64,000 nucleotides of DNA from Vicugna vicugna (lineage: Eukaryota): contig MU058257.1 in the NCBI GenBank assembly GCA_013265495.1, forward strand, positions 689,418-753,417, in the 5' to 3' direction. The notes under the pieces are model-generated. The model did not search any database. It saw nothing but the letters and a program-made list of their open reading frames with translations, and was not told where the DNA came from. Made by a program: the position numbers and the translations under genes. Shown one piece after another: positions 1-14,502 of this stretch. Numbering within the stretch: the stretch's first letter is position 1; each line of letters opens with the position of its first letter.

Positions 1-2200
1 TTGGTGTTAAAAATCCTACAAGGAGGTGATAGGATTACTGAGATTAAAGTCGGTCACCCGCCTAAGGTTAGCAGGAACACTGCCCCGGAGACAAGAGCAA
101 AGACGAAGAGCAGACTTCCTAGGTACAGCTGCTTGTCAGAAAGCGCGTGTAAACAGTCAGTCTCTGAAGGGATGCCCGTCATTCCTGAGAACAGATGAAA
201 TGAACTTCACCACTTCATATCTGGTCGACTGCGTTCTCCCTCTTGGAAACTTACCAGCCAGCGCGGAAGTGTATAGTGATTTTTTTTGAGGGGGGAGGAT
301 GAGTTATAAAGGAGGTGGAGATGCCTTGAAATAATGCATTTTCAAAGAATGACTGTCATCACAATTCACAATGATGGCTGCTCTGTTGTTCTGGATGGAG
401 CAAAGGCCAGCCTGAGGCCGACGAGGAGCTGGGTGGAGGTGGGTGACCAGGGCGAGAAATGTCACGCCCTGATCAGTGACTCCGCCGCTCCTCCAAGGGC
501 CACGGCACGGCTTTGTTCTGTGCTCAGAAGACAGGCTGTCTGCCATCCAGACACAGTCAGGGGGCAGAACCGCAAATTCTTTGAATGATCTGAAAAAAAA
601 TTCCATCGATGGTAATTTCATGCATTTCCGCCTGGGTCCATGCGATGGGGAAGGCGCACCTGCATGTCTACTTTCAAACCGCAGGAGAACAAGCACGGAT
701 GTCCCACTAAACGTATCCTGCCTTCCGCCCCCAGCCCGGCCCGCGGTCCTTGACACAGTGGAAGCTGGGATGCTCCGTTCACCCGCTGGAGCCATTCTTA
801 ACACCTGCGTGGATGCGTCCACTTCACCATGTCCTTGGAGGTGACAAAAGGTGAAAGTTCTCCAGGTGGGCCTGGCCGCGCCGTGGCGTGCGAGGCGTTG
901 GGGCTTGGACAGGGGGAGGTGGGCTTCTTGGCACATATTTGGAAATTAGGGGAGAAACAGCATTTCTTTCACACAACCTTGCAGGTTTCCAGAACGTTAA
1001 GCTCCCCTAGCATGCTGTCATGAGGCTTTTCCACGCAGTCAGGCACGAGAACACATGACTTTGTGCGGTTTTAGTAAAAGTGCCAGTATTTAAAAAGAAA
1101 TGGAATAAACAGGTTCTTAATTTGTTTGAATTCCTTTTGAGCAAAAGATTTTAACTGAGATGAATATTCTATGAGATGTACGAATATTCTACATCTAGAC
1201 ACTTCAAAAAAAGACACATAGATAAGCAGATGTTCCCGCACACTCTTCTGGAAAACAGCAAAGTTCTGAGACTAAGGGAACGGCTTTCTTATCTTACAGA
1301 GGTTGATAATCAGAGTTCAGTTTTTGCGTACACAGACTGAACCCCAAATTACCCATTCCTGCCACCTCTCCTTGGGGTCCTGCTCCGCAGAAGACACAGG
1401 TGTGTCCAGATGGAGGTCATGTAAGATGCCCTCCACATTTGTCTTCATCTGTGAGATCCATTTATTTACTAGTGGTTGATTTTGAGGGACTATCATGTTA
1501 GATGAACAAGTGCATTGATGGCTTTTTCTTTACACGGCGAGTGACTGTTCAATCAAGGAATTCTCACCATCTTGGTACTGGAGCTTCCCAAATAGATAAC
1601 GGCCTCCTTATAAATAAATGCAATGTTTGGAAACGCGAAACTACAGAAATAGCTGGTGTGACGTATGTACTACAGAATGCCTCTGATTGAGAAGAGCAGT
1701 GACCAGTCTGAAGGTTCAGAACAATGTTGGAAAAACAAGGTCAGAAAATTCCTCATACTGTATCTTCTTTTTTTTTAAAGATTGGGAACTTAAAAAAGAA
1801 AGTTCTTTTCTCTTCTCCCCACGAACTCTGTGTGCCTCCTGAAATAGCAAAGACAGTTTCTTCTGTATTCCCCACTCCATGTGGTTGGTTAACTCCTTTT
1901 TCTTAGCATGGTGTAGTCCCCACTGGAAATGTTACAATTTCTGTATCTTCCAACGTTAAGATCCCACCACACTTCTGCACCTGCAGCCGGGAGAGGCAGT
2001 GCGTGTACCTGGGTCTCGGTTTTTGTCTCTCTTCGGAGATGGGGGTCTCTCTTCCTTAGTTTTAGACCTAAGTAAACATGTCGAGTCTTAGAAACGTGAC
2101 GACTGTTTCTTCACACAGCTCGATCCCTGGGGCTGCATTTCCCCCTCCACATTGATGGCCTATGGCACGCTCCGAATTGAACATATTTGTCTAAAAAAAA

Positions 2201-2337
2201 ATTTTTTTTACTTTTTTTTTTGGGGGGGGAGGTAATTGGGTATTTATTTATTTATTTTAATGGAGGTCCTGGGGATTGAACCCAGGACCTCGTGCATGCT
2301 AAGCACGCAATCTACCACTGAGCTAAAGCCTCCACCT
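2201..2337 (-). mobile_element. tRNA-derived SINE (camelid Vic-1-like), long-tailed form
   Basis: Reverse complement gives GGAGGCTTTAGCTCAGTGGTAGA (A box) ... GGTTCAATCCCC (B box) ... AAATAAATAAATACCCAATTACCTCCCCC followed by an A tail. Confidence 0.9.
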
Positions 2338-4588
2338 CAATATCTGCCTACTTGAGGAAAGAAAAGAGACCAAGTATTAGCCAGACTTTAAGATGTGAAC
2401 AGACTGTAATGATGGGTAATCTACGCCTTTCAGATACGTCCGTCCAGATTGGAGAGACATTAAAGATGAACTGTTCCGGCTCCATCTTAGGGGAGCCTAG
2501 TGGGGCTGCACCTTCCCGTGACCCAGCACAAAAGAACCAGGCAAAACCGGCCCCCCTAGTGAAGTTTTGATGTGAAATCCTCAGATAAGCTTCACGGCGA
2601 AGCCAACCTAAACAATGACTTGATCTGAGGAAAGAAAATCTTTTTAATTAAAAAATTTTTTTCTACCCTGTGTTGCCTGCCGTGATTATCAGCAGCAGTT
2701 AAAACGAATTCCAGTGATGCTTCGTACGTTGATGTTTTCATTTAGGCAAGCCCAGGGCACCAGCTGATAGAGCGAATTTATTTTTAATGGAATCATAGAA
2801 TCTTAAATGCTTGAAAGGATTTCAGAAGCTGTCTGGTCCAATCAGCCATCCCCCGAAGAATTTTCTCCCGTGCCCTCTCAGGCTTGCAAAAAGAATAAGG
2901 GAGCTTATTTATTTTTCTGCTAAACCCAGAAAATGTAGTTGGAAGTTGAAAGCACTAGAATTTGTAAGAAAAATAAAACTTGGGTCAAATTAAGACTTCA
3001 TTCTTCTGAAGGAAGGCAATTAGAGGAAAGCCATAAATGTGGTTTTTAACCCCTGGAGGCAAAGAGAACTGAAAAAAAAAACACACACACACACAAGTCA
3101 CCTGTACAAGTGCATATGTGATCATTCTAAGTCATAACATGTGCAGTTAGTCTCAAACGCCTACTCTGTCCAATAGTTGGAAATATAAAAGCGTAATGCA
3201 TTTTATTACTACTGGGATTTATAGAGCATTTTTAATTTAATCTACTTTCCTCGCTTTGTTTGAACGTAGAATTGAATGAGATCTGAAGACCGGGAGCTTG
3301 CAGTGGAGAAAGGAAATAAGCGTGTGTGTTAGATTGTGTCTCTGTTTCAGGTCAGCATCCAGAATTGCTATTTTGATGTGGAGCTCTCAAATGGTGCATT
3401 AAATGAGAAACATCTAAGGGCACAGAATACCCACTCACATCCTGGCTTTGGAATTTCCAGGGTGGACCTTTTTTTTTTTACCTTTGGGGAAGGTCACTGT
3501 GAATGTGCTAGACAAGTTTCACACTGTGGGTTTTGCCAGTTCCGAAGAACACAGATATTTTTGCTCTGGGGCTTTCAAATTCCGATAGGAAAGCTATTTA
3601 AAGCTTAGGAGTTGGCGTGTCACATTACACGCTGCATAAACGTCGCTGTCGCGCCTCGATGTGAACACTCACGCACTCTGTAAAAGGTGCGCTGATTACC
3701 GCTGGGGCACAAATCCGCAAACCCCACCAAAGGGATTCCTGAAAGTGGCCGTCGTAAAATCTGCGCACGTTATGGATTTCATTAACATTTACTCCCCGAG
3801 GATTCCCAATTGTATAATAACTGAAGTTCTTTAAATTTTAAATACCACAAACAGGAACAGCCTTTCACCTAAAACAGATGTGAGACCATCAACCTCGCCT
3901 CGCGATTGGCCGGCAGACGTGGGGCCGCCTGCTAACAGATCGCTCCTAGTGTGTCGCTGTTTAGGTTACGGAATTGGAGACTCAGCAGCACTTTCCCCAT
4001 GAAAAGATAAGTTAATAAGCCATAGATGGGCTTTTCAAACACAGTTCCTGACTCTTGATTATATCCGAAGTTAAAAAAAAAAAAAAAGGGAAAAGAGCCT
4101 TTGATTTACATACTGCAAACGAACCAGAGCAGGTTGGTCAAGGTCGGAGACGCCCTGCGTCCAGGTGGGAAAAGCTCATTTCAGGCTTCTCTCCCCTGAG
4201 CTGGTCAGCGATGACTGGTGGTCTCGCCCTTTGTTTCCTTTTCTCTGTCTCGTCCATATCAGCGCGTTCTGAGACCCGGCTGTGCGGGACTCTGAAATGA
4301 CATCTGCACTTACTTAGCTAAACAACGGGTTCACTTTTAAGAGCTAAAAACAACGAAGCTTAAGATAAATAAGCCAGCAGGTTTACAGTGCTGTTTTCCT
4401 ACACGAGGTGAACATATGCATCTATATTTTTGGAAAACAAAAGGACGGTTCTGTTCAAAGAACGTCTCCGATCAGTGGTTGAAAAGTGACAAATACCAGC
4501 CAAGCAATGAGCTCCTTTTTTACTTCCAAACTGCTGATCTGTCTGATTATTTTAAAAACTTGATTAGGATTTGGTGCATCTTCTACAC

Positions 4589-4798
4589 CTGTGGTTTTCA
4601 GTTAGGGGTGATTTGGCAACGCCTAGAGATGTTTTTGGTCGATGTGATTGAGGGTGTGTGTGTGTACGTGTGTGTTACTAGCTTCTCGTGAATGGCGGCC
4701 AGGGGTGCTGGTAAACATCCTGTAAGGCACAGGACAGCCCCCATGACCAAGAATTACCCAATCCAAAGTGTCAGGACTATCCAGAGGCAGAAACCCTG
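4589..4798. mobile_element. MER20-like hAT-Charlie DNA transposon
   Basis: ctgtggttttca...ggtgctggtaaacatcctgtaaggcacaggacagccccc...agaaaccctg resembles the MER20 consensus. Flanks ttctacac / ctctagag fit the hAT NTCTAGAN target preference. Confidence 0.8.
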
Positions 4799-7379
4799 CT
4801 CTAGAGAAAGTCCAATCATTTGTTTGAATTGAAGCTTCTGCAGTGACATCATTCACCCATCAGCCGCTAAGGAGGGATACACTGGGATTTACGTGTGCTT
4901 GCTCGGTCTGCAGACACCATCTTCAAAGACGTTTCCAAGCCATTTCCTTGTATTGTTACAACTGAGCGGTAGCCAGGAAGTGAGGGCAAGGACACGAAGC
5001 CTGGAGGCCAGGTTCGGCCGTTAACTTGCTGGAACCTCTGAACTTGCGCAAAATAAGGAATTTAGACAAAAGGATGCTTGCATCTGTGTTTAGTCTTACT
5101 CTTAAAGTTGAGATATTTTAGAAAGAAAGGGGGAAAAAACCCTCTCCTCTAGAATTTAACTATGAATGTTGGTTCCAAACAGACACTGGCATAAAACCGT
5201 AAGAAACTAAAACAGCAAGCAAAAAGGAATGTTCTTGCTGCACATGCTTATTTTGAGGCGTAATTCTACCTAAACAGTTGTTGTTCCTTCAACATTGTCT
5301 TCCCAGTGATGCTTTGTCATAAACGTCTAAGAGGCTCCTTTAAGCGTCATGCACTTCCCTGCAGGGCCGTGGACATGAAATACTAACCAGTAAAATCCTC
5401 TGGCTGATTTTTAAAATTGAATTAAGTAGTCAACTGGACCAACATGGTTCAAATTGTCTTGGTGGTTTCTAGATGACAAGTCAACAGCTAGAAATGTCTA
5501 AAAAAATTATGTCAGATGTGTATGCTGTTTTCCCCTAATCATATCCTTCTTAAAAAAAAAACACAAACCAAAAAATGCTGAATTTCATCTGTTCCTGTAT
5601 ACATTTCCTATTATACACTTCCATCGGATGACTTCCTCTAATGGGGAACACCAAGGTGCCAGAGAAAGCACTGGGAAAAGCCCTCAGGGGACAGTCACTT
5701 TCGGGACACAGGCTTCCCGGGTGGAAACCTAGTTAGAGATAATAAGCCCGTGATATCCAAAGGGTGGGGGGAGAGCATTTATTTTATGCAGAAAGTAGAA
5801 GTCAGTGTAGAGTTAGGGTGAGTTAACCAAAGGGTCACCTTGGCGACTTCTTAACAAAGCCAACTGTCTCCCTTCCAGATCAATGTTTTAGCTAAAACAG
5901 CATGTTAATGTTATTTGCACTAAACACATACACACCTGGGGAACAAACATTCAATTAAACAGCTGTATTTTCCCTAAATTTGCCAACATTATGTTTCACA
6001 TGCATCATTCCACATTTGGGTAACCCAGTGAGCTATTTCTGCCTGTTCTCTCTATGCATTTATAAAGTATATTTCATTGCAATTTCAGCCATTTACTAAT
6101 GATCTGAATGAGGAAATGCACCCCCTGAAGCGTCTGGCTGATAAGCGCAGAGTGCTTACAATCAGGATAATTTGCCTCAATATATGCTCTGGATTCGTCC
6201 AATTGAGCAGATGGAACCGATTTTGAACACAGCACTACAGATGAGAAACCTGCTAGAAACTAGCAGTGGTGTGCAAAATCGCAGACTATTTCCTAGGAGA
6301 TTCCTGCTCCATGCTCGACACTCATATAAGGGGATGAAAGATTTGTCTGAGAAAGTTCAGAAGGAAAGAAAATTAGATACAAAACTTGTTCAAATAAATG
6401 GCTTCAGTTTCTACTTTCAGTCTGGGGAAACCCTCCCTTTAAAGACAAAACACAAGGGTTTCAGACAACACATTCTTCTCATCAAATAAGCAACACACTT
6501 GTCCCACCTCAAATGCAACAACAACAACAAAATGTCATAATGCTGTGTGTCAGAGGGACCATTTCCAAGAACTCATAAGTTATTTCATTCCATTTGGCAC
6601 TTAAAGGATGTCAGCCAGCCCCTTCTTAGCTCTTGGAATTGGGTCCATGCCTTTAAATGATCTTTCATCTCCGTTCTCAGCAAGTTGTAATGGATAGTTA
6701 ATTTCTGAGTCATGATGGAGCCACTGCAGCAGTTGCTGGTGGCAACTGCTCACAGCCCCGGGTGGATGTGGGGGAGCCCGTGGGCGGTAAACCTTGAGGG
6801 CCCCCCTGGACTAAAGGAAAGCCTCTGGGGCTGGGAATTAGGAACATGGCTCTCGGAATAACAGTCTCCTCTGTTATCAAGACCGAAGACCTCACCAGGC
6901 TTTTCGTTCTGCTCTGTGTAGTGGGCATGAGAGATACCGCATGGCTGACCGCATCTGCCAGAGCAGGAGGTGAAGACTCACAGTTCAAATGGCCAAAGAC
7001 ACTCTGCAGAGCCAGTCGCACCCTGGGCCTGGCTCACATCCGACCACAGGCCATGACTCACCAGCTGCTGCCCGCGCTCAGCCGTCCCCATGCCAGTGAC
7101 TCTGGTCCCAGGTCTCAGGAAGGAAGGCCCCTTCCGTCGTGCGAGACTGACTCTCCCCACGCACTGCAGCTTTTCCCCAAGCGGGGACTTAACTATTTGA
7201 CTTCTCGGGGCCTCCGCTTGCTCGTATGAAGGTGCAGACAAAACCTCTGGTCCGCTTAACTGACCTTCTACAACTACAATGGGATGTGCATGAAAAGGGA
7301 ACTTTAAACAGGAAAAGGGCTAAAGAAACATAAGGTTTTGTTGTTAGAACATGTCTTAAAATGAATTTTAAAATCCTTC

Positions 7380-7597
7380 TTTGGGATTTACAGAGACACA
7401 CTACTGTGTATAAAAGGGAGAAGCCACAAGGTCCCGCTGCAGAGCACAGGGCAGGAACTGCATTCAATGACCTTCAATAGCCTATAATAAAAATATGCAG
7501 AAGAATATATGTGTGTGTGTGTGACTGAATCACTACGCTGTGCGCCAGAAAGTAACACAACATTGTAAATCAACTATACTTCAATTAAAAAAAAAAT
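7380..7597 (+). mobile_element. LINE-1 3' UTR fragment with A tail (antisense to NRP1)
   Basis: gtgactgaatcactacgctgtgcgccagaaagtaacacaacattgtaaatcaactatacttcaatt(a)n is a typical laurasiatherian L1 3' end. aaaatcct occurs on both flanks (possible TSD). Confidence 0.85.
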
Positions 7598-9789
7598 CCT
7601 CAAAGTAACCTCAAGGCTGCTTGGCTTTGACCAGCTGAGTTTTAACAAAGGCACCCACTTTCTTCGACCTTATGTCTGTGAGTAAGTGAACCCTGCATGC
7701 ACATGTGTGTGCGTGTTTGTGTGTGGTTGGGGACGTGTTTTGACTCTGTTCAACCCATCTCCTTACACCAAGGCCTTTGGTTATGGTGTCTGCTTTCAAA
7801 GCTCCTTCAGTTAGGAAATGTGGAATATTACCCAGGAGAAATCCATCTAAGGCAAAAGGAAAACATGGAAACAAGCCTCCTCCGAAGGTGACCACGAGCT
7901 CCTCTCTTCTGGAACCTTCCTCCCCCTCGGCCTCAGAATGAACACCTGTCCTGGAAAAGGCAGTGGGCAGAGAAGGGCTTTCTGACATATCCTCACAGCC
8001 CCAGAGGGTCCCCTTGGAGATTTCCCTCTTCTGTGGCATTAATCCATAACGGGGCGGGTCGACCAAAGCAAACAGGATGTGGTTTAGAAGCCAACTGCTT
8101 TCTGCTCCTCTGGAATCAAGGAAGGCATGAATAATCTGGCATCAATTTTTTTCCCCCCAGAAAAGACAATGCTACCAAATTTGGAGACAGAGTTTCAGCC
8201 TGAGTTGGTTCATCAAATAATTCTACTTCTAAAGTCACTGGAGGGTGTGGTAATTGATTAGTCCCCAGTCCCACTTTTATTTCTTTAGATCCATGAAGCA
8301 CAGATCCCATCCAGGCATTACATCCCTTGCCTCTTTTTTTCTTTTTCTCTCTTGTCTCCTGGCATTTTAATCAGGGAAAAGTCACAGTTGTTTTGAGGAA
8401 AGCAGTCCCAAGAGCTTCAATTAAAACTAGAAGGATAAATCTGTTTACAGTGTGGTGAACACTGTCATTAATAAAACATTGAAATAATTAACAAATTAAA
8501 CTCTGCTCCGTGTCTGAACGGTTACATCAGGACCTAGGAGACCGTGTCTCCTGATCAGACTCTTATTCCACGCACTAGATTTGTGGCTCTGAAAAGAAAA
8601 AAACCAAGCCTGCCTTTCTCCGAGAGTCACGGTGGCACAGTCTGTGAGGGGCTGAACGGGGAAGGCGATGTTACCTTTATTTGATAGGAAAAGAAACTCA
8701 GTTTCAAGGAGGTTAAAGGCTTGGTCCCTAATGACGTGCTTGAAAATTATGAATTTTTCTAGCATCGTTGATGCGTGGAGTCTTTACCTGGAATCCTTGA
8801 TTGTTTAACCAGAAACAAACAAACAAAAGAAACAGATTAAATAAAAGATAAGCAATTCTAGGACACGGACCAGAACGGAACACTGAAAAAAAAAACAGGC
8901 AAGCCTTCCAGGGCGATTAGCTCTCCCGCTGAGGACTGTGAGGCGTCCTCCTCTCGGGACGAGCAGCGGCCTCTGGAGCTGGATGTGACCACGTGCAAAC
9001 GTCCAAGCCAGGACTTCCCTTCATGCTCCTTCCCACTGGCCCGCCTCTTGCCTGGTTCTTAAGCTTTCTGCCAGACATCAGATCGCACAGGAAGTGACAA
9101 GGTGGCCAATCGCCTTGGCGGTTAATGATGCATTGTTTTTTATGTCACTCGGTAATTTCCCAGAGAAAACAATGGAACCAAAGACCGCGCTCCTGTTGGG
9201 GAAGGATGGTCAGCGTCCGGGCTGCCTTATTCATTTACCACATGCAAATGTTTGTCTTTGTTGCTACAGCAACATGTTTTGTGGGGTCCGTTTCATGCAA
9301 AATGCGACAAGACCGAACGAGAAAACAAACCCCCCCCAACCGTGATGGGCACGGGATGGGGGGCTCGGGCCCCAGCCTCACAGATGCTGAGCTCGCGGGT
9401 TAACTGGTTAAACATCTACCCAGAGAAAACAACAAGCCAGCCACCTCCAAGGGGTTTCAGGAAAGCTGGAAAACACATGAAATTACTCATAATTAGGTGA
9501 TCGCAGGATGATAAGAGCCCCCACCAGGTACGCAGACGCCACCAGCATGTCAGTGAGCCCCCGGAGCTCCCGCAGGAGCAAAAGGTCGTCTTCCCTCAAG
9601 GGGAACTGATGCACAGTGACTCCTGACACTTGCCTCCTGGAGGGACGGAGAACCAGGGGCCTGGTGTTCTGGGTTTAGAAACAGGAAGTCCCCGACTCAG
9701 CCCGCTGTGAGCCTCCCCAACACGAGGGGAAGCAGAGAGGGAGGTGGCCGACGCTTCACAAGAGCCCCCGAATGGAAAGGATGAGCACG

Positions 9790-9985
9790 TCGCAGTGTGG
9801 AGGAGTGCTGGAGCCTGGAAGACCTGGCTTCCCAAGCCGGGGCACCACTGTGACCTTCCTCCCCTCCCTGAACCTCAGCGCCCTCATTTTAAAGATGGGG
9901 ACAACTGGCCCTCCTTCCCCGGACGGCTGGGGGATTAAATAAAGATGTGTCAAGTGCTCAGCAGAAGTCGGGGCACAGACAAAAC
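9790..9985 (+). mobile_element. MIR (ancient SINE) remnant
   Basis: ctgtgacctt...ctgaacctcagcgccctcattttaaagatgggg...ggattaaat...aagtgctcagca resembles the MIR core. Boundaries approximate. Confidence 0.6.
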
Positions 9986-11863
9986 TCTGTAAGTGGCAGC
10001 TATTCCACAAAGAGCACCAGCGTCACCTGTCTGTCCACCCAGTATTTCCAGGTATCCTCCCTCCAGCACGAGTCGAATTGCTGCCCCTTGGATGTTAGGT
10101 GTGGCCGGGGGATGTGCTCTGGAGACAGAAGTGGGTGACGTCTGGGATGATGGCCACTCCTTCCGAATAGGTCCTCATGTGAGAATACGCGGGGCAGACC
10201 CCCTACCGACTCAGAGACGGGGGTGGCGTGAGCAAGAAAGAAACCTTCTTGCTCGGGGGGGCTGGCTACCTAGCTTTCCTGACCGTATTTTGATAGAAAG
10301 AGTTGGACCACCTGAGACGACTCTTCTGGGACAATCTCAAATTGCATCCAGCTCTCGAGAAGGATGTAAACCCTGTCCTGTTGACAAAGGCTGTGTGAGA
10401 GCCCCTCTGTCCCCATGTTTCTACGGACACAGAATTCCTCGCTCAGAATTGCTACCATTGCGTTTTCAGAACTCTTGCAAGACCCCCACCCCTAAATTAC
10501 TGAGTGCTCGCCACATCACCGAGAATAGAACGCCATCCGCATGCAGACGTGCTGAGCTCTGCAGAATGGAAGCGTCCCTCTAGAGCACAGCTGTCAATCA
10601 TGCGGACGGCTGCTGGCGGGGACTGTGCAGACGGGCTCCAGGAGCTCTTCTGACGTCGGCAAGATCATCTCCTTTCTGACTTGATCTGGAGCCGGATTCA
10701 GCAACCCTAAAGTAAAAGTCTCATCTCTTCTCACCCTCCACACGCTTCTCGGTGTTGTCATTTTGAGGTGAGCATGAGTTCAGTCTCCTGAAATAGGCCA
10801 CCCCACTTTAAAGTGTATGTTAAACTAATACTGACCTTTCCAAAGTAAAACAAAGCCTGGTGTTTGTGCTCAGATGTCTGAAACGGCAACAGATGCAGGA
10901 AGGAGGGGATTAATCATCTTGCTTTTTTTCTCTCTTGCTTAGAAGCCCTCCCTGGGAACTAGTCCTTTTTATACATCCAGCCATGAATGGAAGACGGGTT
11001 CTGCCTACTGTCTTGAAAAGGAAGCCTGGACTCTTCAGCAAACAGCGTTGTCTGACTTGCCCACAGTTTAACCCACACAGCCGGGTAGGATGGTCGATGC
11101 GCCAATGAGTCAAAAAGTCAAGAACAAGAAGCCTTGGGTGGGGAGACATCAAGGTGGGGTGGGCTGAGGCTCTGGGAGTGGGATGCGAGGGGTGACCTGG
11201 GAGGTGAGTCCCGGCGGGGAAGCAAAGGAGGGGAGCCCTGGGGGGGCACGTAAGGGTGATGGCAGGGAAGGGAGTGTCAGAGAACGTGGAGAAAGCAGAC
11301 CCACATCACTACTACGGATGGAGATGCGTCCATTTCACACATACGGCCCTGTATGTAATCCGCAGAGACCAGTGCCATCAATTACACCACACATTGGGCA
11401 CATGCTGTATGAACCTGTGTGGGAAAGTAACGCCATCTTCAACTCCATTCTCCTCTCTTCTACCCTGAACAAACACACACACAAAACACCTTACAAAACC
11501 ATGATTTCACCAGTCAGTAAACTTAATGTATTTCAGCAAGGAAAGAAAAAATCTGCTGAAGGAGGAAGGCTGTCCACAGACAGTGTGGGGCTGTGGGGGA
11601 AAGTCAGACTTTTAGCTGTTACCCAAGGGAGACATCCATGCCCAGGTTCTGGGAGAGTCGTGTGTCAGTACCTGAGAAGAGGGCTGGGTTCCGGGGGCTG
11701 TCCCTGGGCATGCTGTTCTCTGACGTGGGGATTCTGCAGACTGATGACACTGGTGTCCGCCGGCCTTCTCGCCTCTGAAGGCAGGTGGCACAGCTGTTTT
11801 TCAACCACCTGTTCAGATGGCCCAGCACCCCCTCCCCAGTGTGCCCAGTCCTGTGCCCCATAC

Positions 11864-12030
11864 CTGGATCCACTCTCGGTAGGAGTCCTCGCCAGGAGTC
11901 CACCCATTCTCAGGGTAGTGGAGGCGGGAGCGCTCTGCAGACCAGTTGGTGCTGTATTGGGAAGAGGCCGTGATCTGGTCGGAGTGGATCTCTCCTGACT
12001 CCATGCCCAGTGCTTCCATACACTTGAAGT
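11864..12030 (-). CDS. NRP1: Neuropilin-1 coding exon (exon 6 equivalent), N-terminal part of FA58C/discoidin b1 domain
   Basis: ttcag|AC TTC AAG TGT ATG ... ATC CAG|gtatgg, 167 nt, phase 1-0. Encodes (D)FKCMEALGMESGEIHSDQITASSQYSTNWSAERSRLHYPENGWTPGEDSYREWIQ, including the CendR-pocket residues equivalent to Y297, W301, T316 and D320. Confidence 0.97.
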
Positions 12031-13029
12031 CTGAAGGGGAAAAAATGGCCCCAAGTCATCAAACGTGGGGACCCCAGGGTGCATCCTTGGATGCATCTTT
12101 CCTTTTTTAATCTGGAAGACTACAAGATTCCTTTTGATGTTCACACAAAGTCTTACAGACGCTGACGGCAAGGGACCTGCTGGATTATAGCACTGAACCC
12201 TGCATTTTCTTGGCAGGAATTCTGAAAAGCAATGCTGTGAAGATCTCACAGCAATTAATTAGTTTTCCAACTGGACCGAGATTGACACAGATACTATTAG
12301 AAAGTTTTTCGGAAAAGATGGAAATTCAGGATGGAGGTGGATATGCTACATGGGTGCCCATTGAAAGCTGTATTTAATTAAAATTTTACTGCTTCCTCCA
12401 ATATCTAAGACAAGTGAAAAAGACCTTTGTCCATTTTGGGACAATATTTGGTGGGCTAGATCGACCTTAACTCTCTGTCCTACAGATTCCTTGCAGTTGG
12501 TACCCAGGTCTCCTCTCTCAGGCTCCCTTGGTTCTCATGTCCCTGGCCTGGTTTGGCCATGATTTTTAACACGCTAGTTTATTCTATTAAAACATAAGGG
12601 TGTCCCTCAGGGGTAAACAGCAGTATTGTAGAGTCCCAAACAGCAACACAGCTCCCCAGCATAAACTGTAATGAGCACAATGATGGCCGTGAATCACAAA
12701 AACATGCACTCCATCGGCCTCATGTACTCGGTGGACAATGAAACATGAACTATGACGCTGGGAAGTGAATAATCAATTTTAGGAAAATGTGCACCCAAAG
12801 TGCCAAAGTGCAAAAACAAACAAACACAAACAAACAAAACCCCCCAAACCTCTAGAGATTAAATAGAAGATTCTCAATCATCCAGAACACTCACAGTGAA
12901 CTTTCATATCTTCCAAATTTTCTATCATAATGAGTAACGTTTTATGGCATAAAAGGTTTCTTTCACTGGTTTCATACATTTAAGCTTAGGTTTGATATTT
13001 GTCATAGAAAAGAGGTCCAAAGACAAAGG

Positions 13030-13630
13030 CACCCCAGTGTTCATAGCAGCTCTGTTCACAAGAGCCAAGACGTGGAGACAACCTAAATGTCCATCGACAG
13101 ACAAATGGGTAAAAAAGTTGTCAACTACATATACAATGGAATACTACTCAGCCATAAAAATAATGAAATAGTGCCATTTGCAGCAACATGGATGGACCTG
13201 GAGATTATCATATTAAGTCAGACAGAGAAAGACAAATACTGTACGATATCATTTATATGTGGAATCTAAAAAAAAAAGATACAAATGAACTTATTTACAA
13301 AACTAGACTCACAGACATAGGAAGCAAACTTATGGTTACCAAAGGGGAAAAAGGTGGAGGGATAAATTAGGAGTTTGGGATTAACAGATACACACTACTG
13401 TATCTAAAGTAGATAAACAATATGGGTCTACTACATAGCACAGGGAACTATATTCAACATTTCTTGTAACAAGCTATAATGGAGAAGAATCTGAAAATAT
13501 ATGTATATGATATATAGCTGAATCACTTTGCTCTACATCTGAAACTAACATTATAAATTAACTAAACTTCAATAAAAAATAAAAGAATTTCCTAGAATAT
13601 TCAAGACTTCAAAAAATAAAAATAAAAAAG
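13030..13630 (+). mobile_element. 5'-truncated LINE-1: end of ORF2 plus 3' UTR and A-rich tail, in intron 5
   Basis: ccagtgttcatagcagc...acctaaatgtccatcgacag...gccatttgcagcaacatggatggacctggag; translation VPFAATWMDLEIIILS is L1 ORF2 C-terminal-like. Ends cttcaataaaaaataaaa. Confidence 0.93.
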
Positions 13631-14502
13631 GGTCTTGCTGGACCAAAACTAAGGCCTCCAAATACATGAATTAATTAATCAAATAAATTAGGTACAAATA
13701 AGATTTGAAGTTTAATTGGCCTTTTGATTTTCCAGTATGGTCTGGGAGAAGAGACCCGTGCAGGCCTGTGGAGCAGGTCCCCAAACTCCCGCTGTTTCTG
13801 CCTGTGCTGCCTGACAACGTGGCAGCCAGAATCGATGAAACACAATTTATTCATTGTTCTTTCAGGTTTTTTCCCTCCCCTTGGGCCCTTCAGAGAGCTG
13901 GGGACCACATAAACTTTGAGGAAGGGCTGAGTTAGTTGAGTACTTTAATGAGATACGAAAACATAGTCCTCTTTTTTGTTTTATGGGAAATTATAGCCAA
14001 AAAGAAAACATGCTTCTTTGACACGAATATCCACTTTCGTTCACGTAAGGAGAACAAAATCAGCTTCTGCCGGGGTATTCCCAAACCATGGCACGAGGGA
14101 CCAACTGCTCCACCTGCCCGCCGCCCGTGAGCCGCGCCGATGCAGACGGGTCCTCGCCATCCGGGGTCGACGCCTGTCCTCTCCTGACTCTCAGCCCACA
14201 CGCCCTGCAGGTGCCAGGTAGGCGATCTGGCCGCAGGTCACTGTTTCAGAGCACAATTTTTTCATTTCCTACTTTTTCTCCCCTAATTTCAGAGGCTTCC
14301 AAGCAGCCTTCTCACACCTAATTTTATTAAGAAAGCACACCACATATCTCTTTCTATTGATAGTCATAAAAACCATTTAAGAGAGCAAAAGAAACACTTG
14401 CACCCCAACTCACAAAACAGGTCTTTAGTGTTTCCTGTGGCCGCAGGAGGAGGGGTGACAGCGAGCTCGCTGCAGGGCTTTGCAGGATGAGTAAATACTG
14501 AC

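Larger units (their letters stand above)
1..11863 (-). other. NRP1: NRP1 intron 6 (partial); exon 7 presumably lies before the window start
   Basis: Begins at the gtatgg donor at 11863. No exon-7 peptide (VDLGLLRFVTAVGTQG...) recognised in 1-11863. Confidence 0.85.

Noticed and set aside
11183..12249. 271-aa plus-strand and 194-aa minus-strand ORFs overlapping exon 6
   Set aside because: Antisense or out-of-frame shadows of the real exon extended into GC-rich intron; no recognisable domain.
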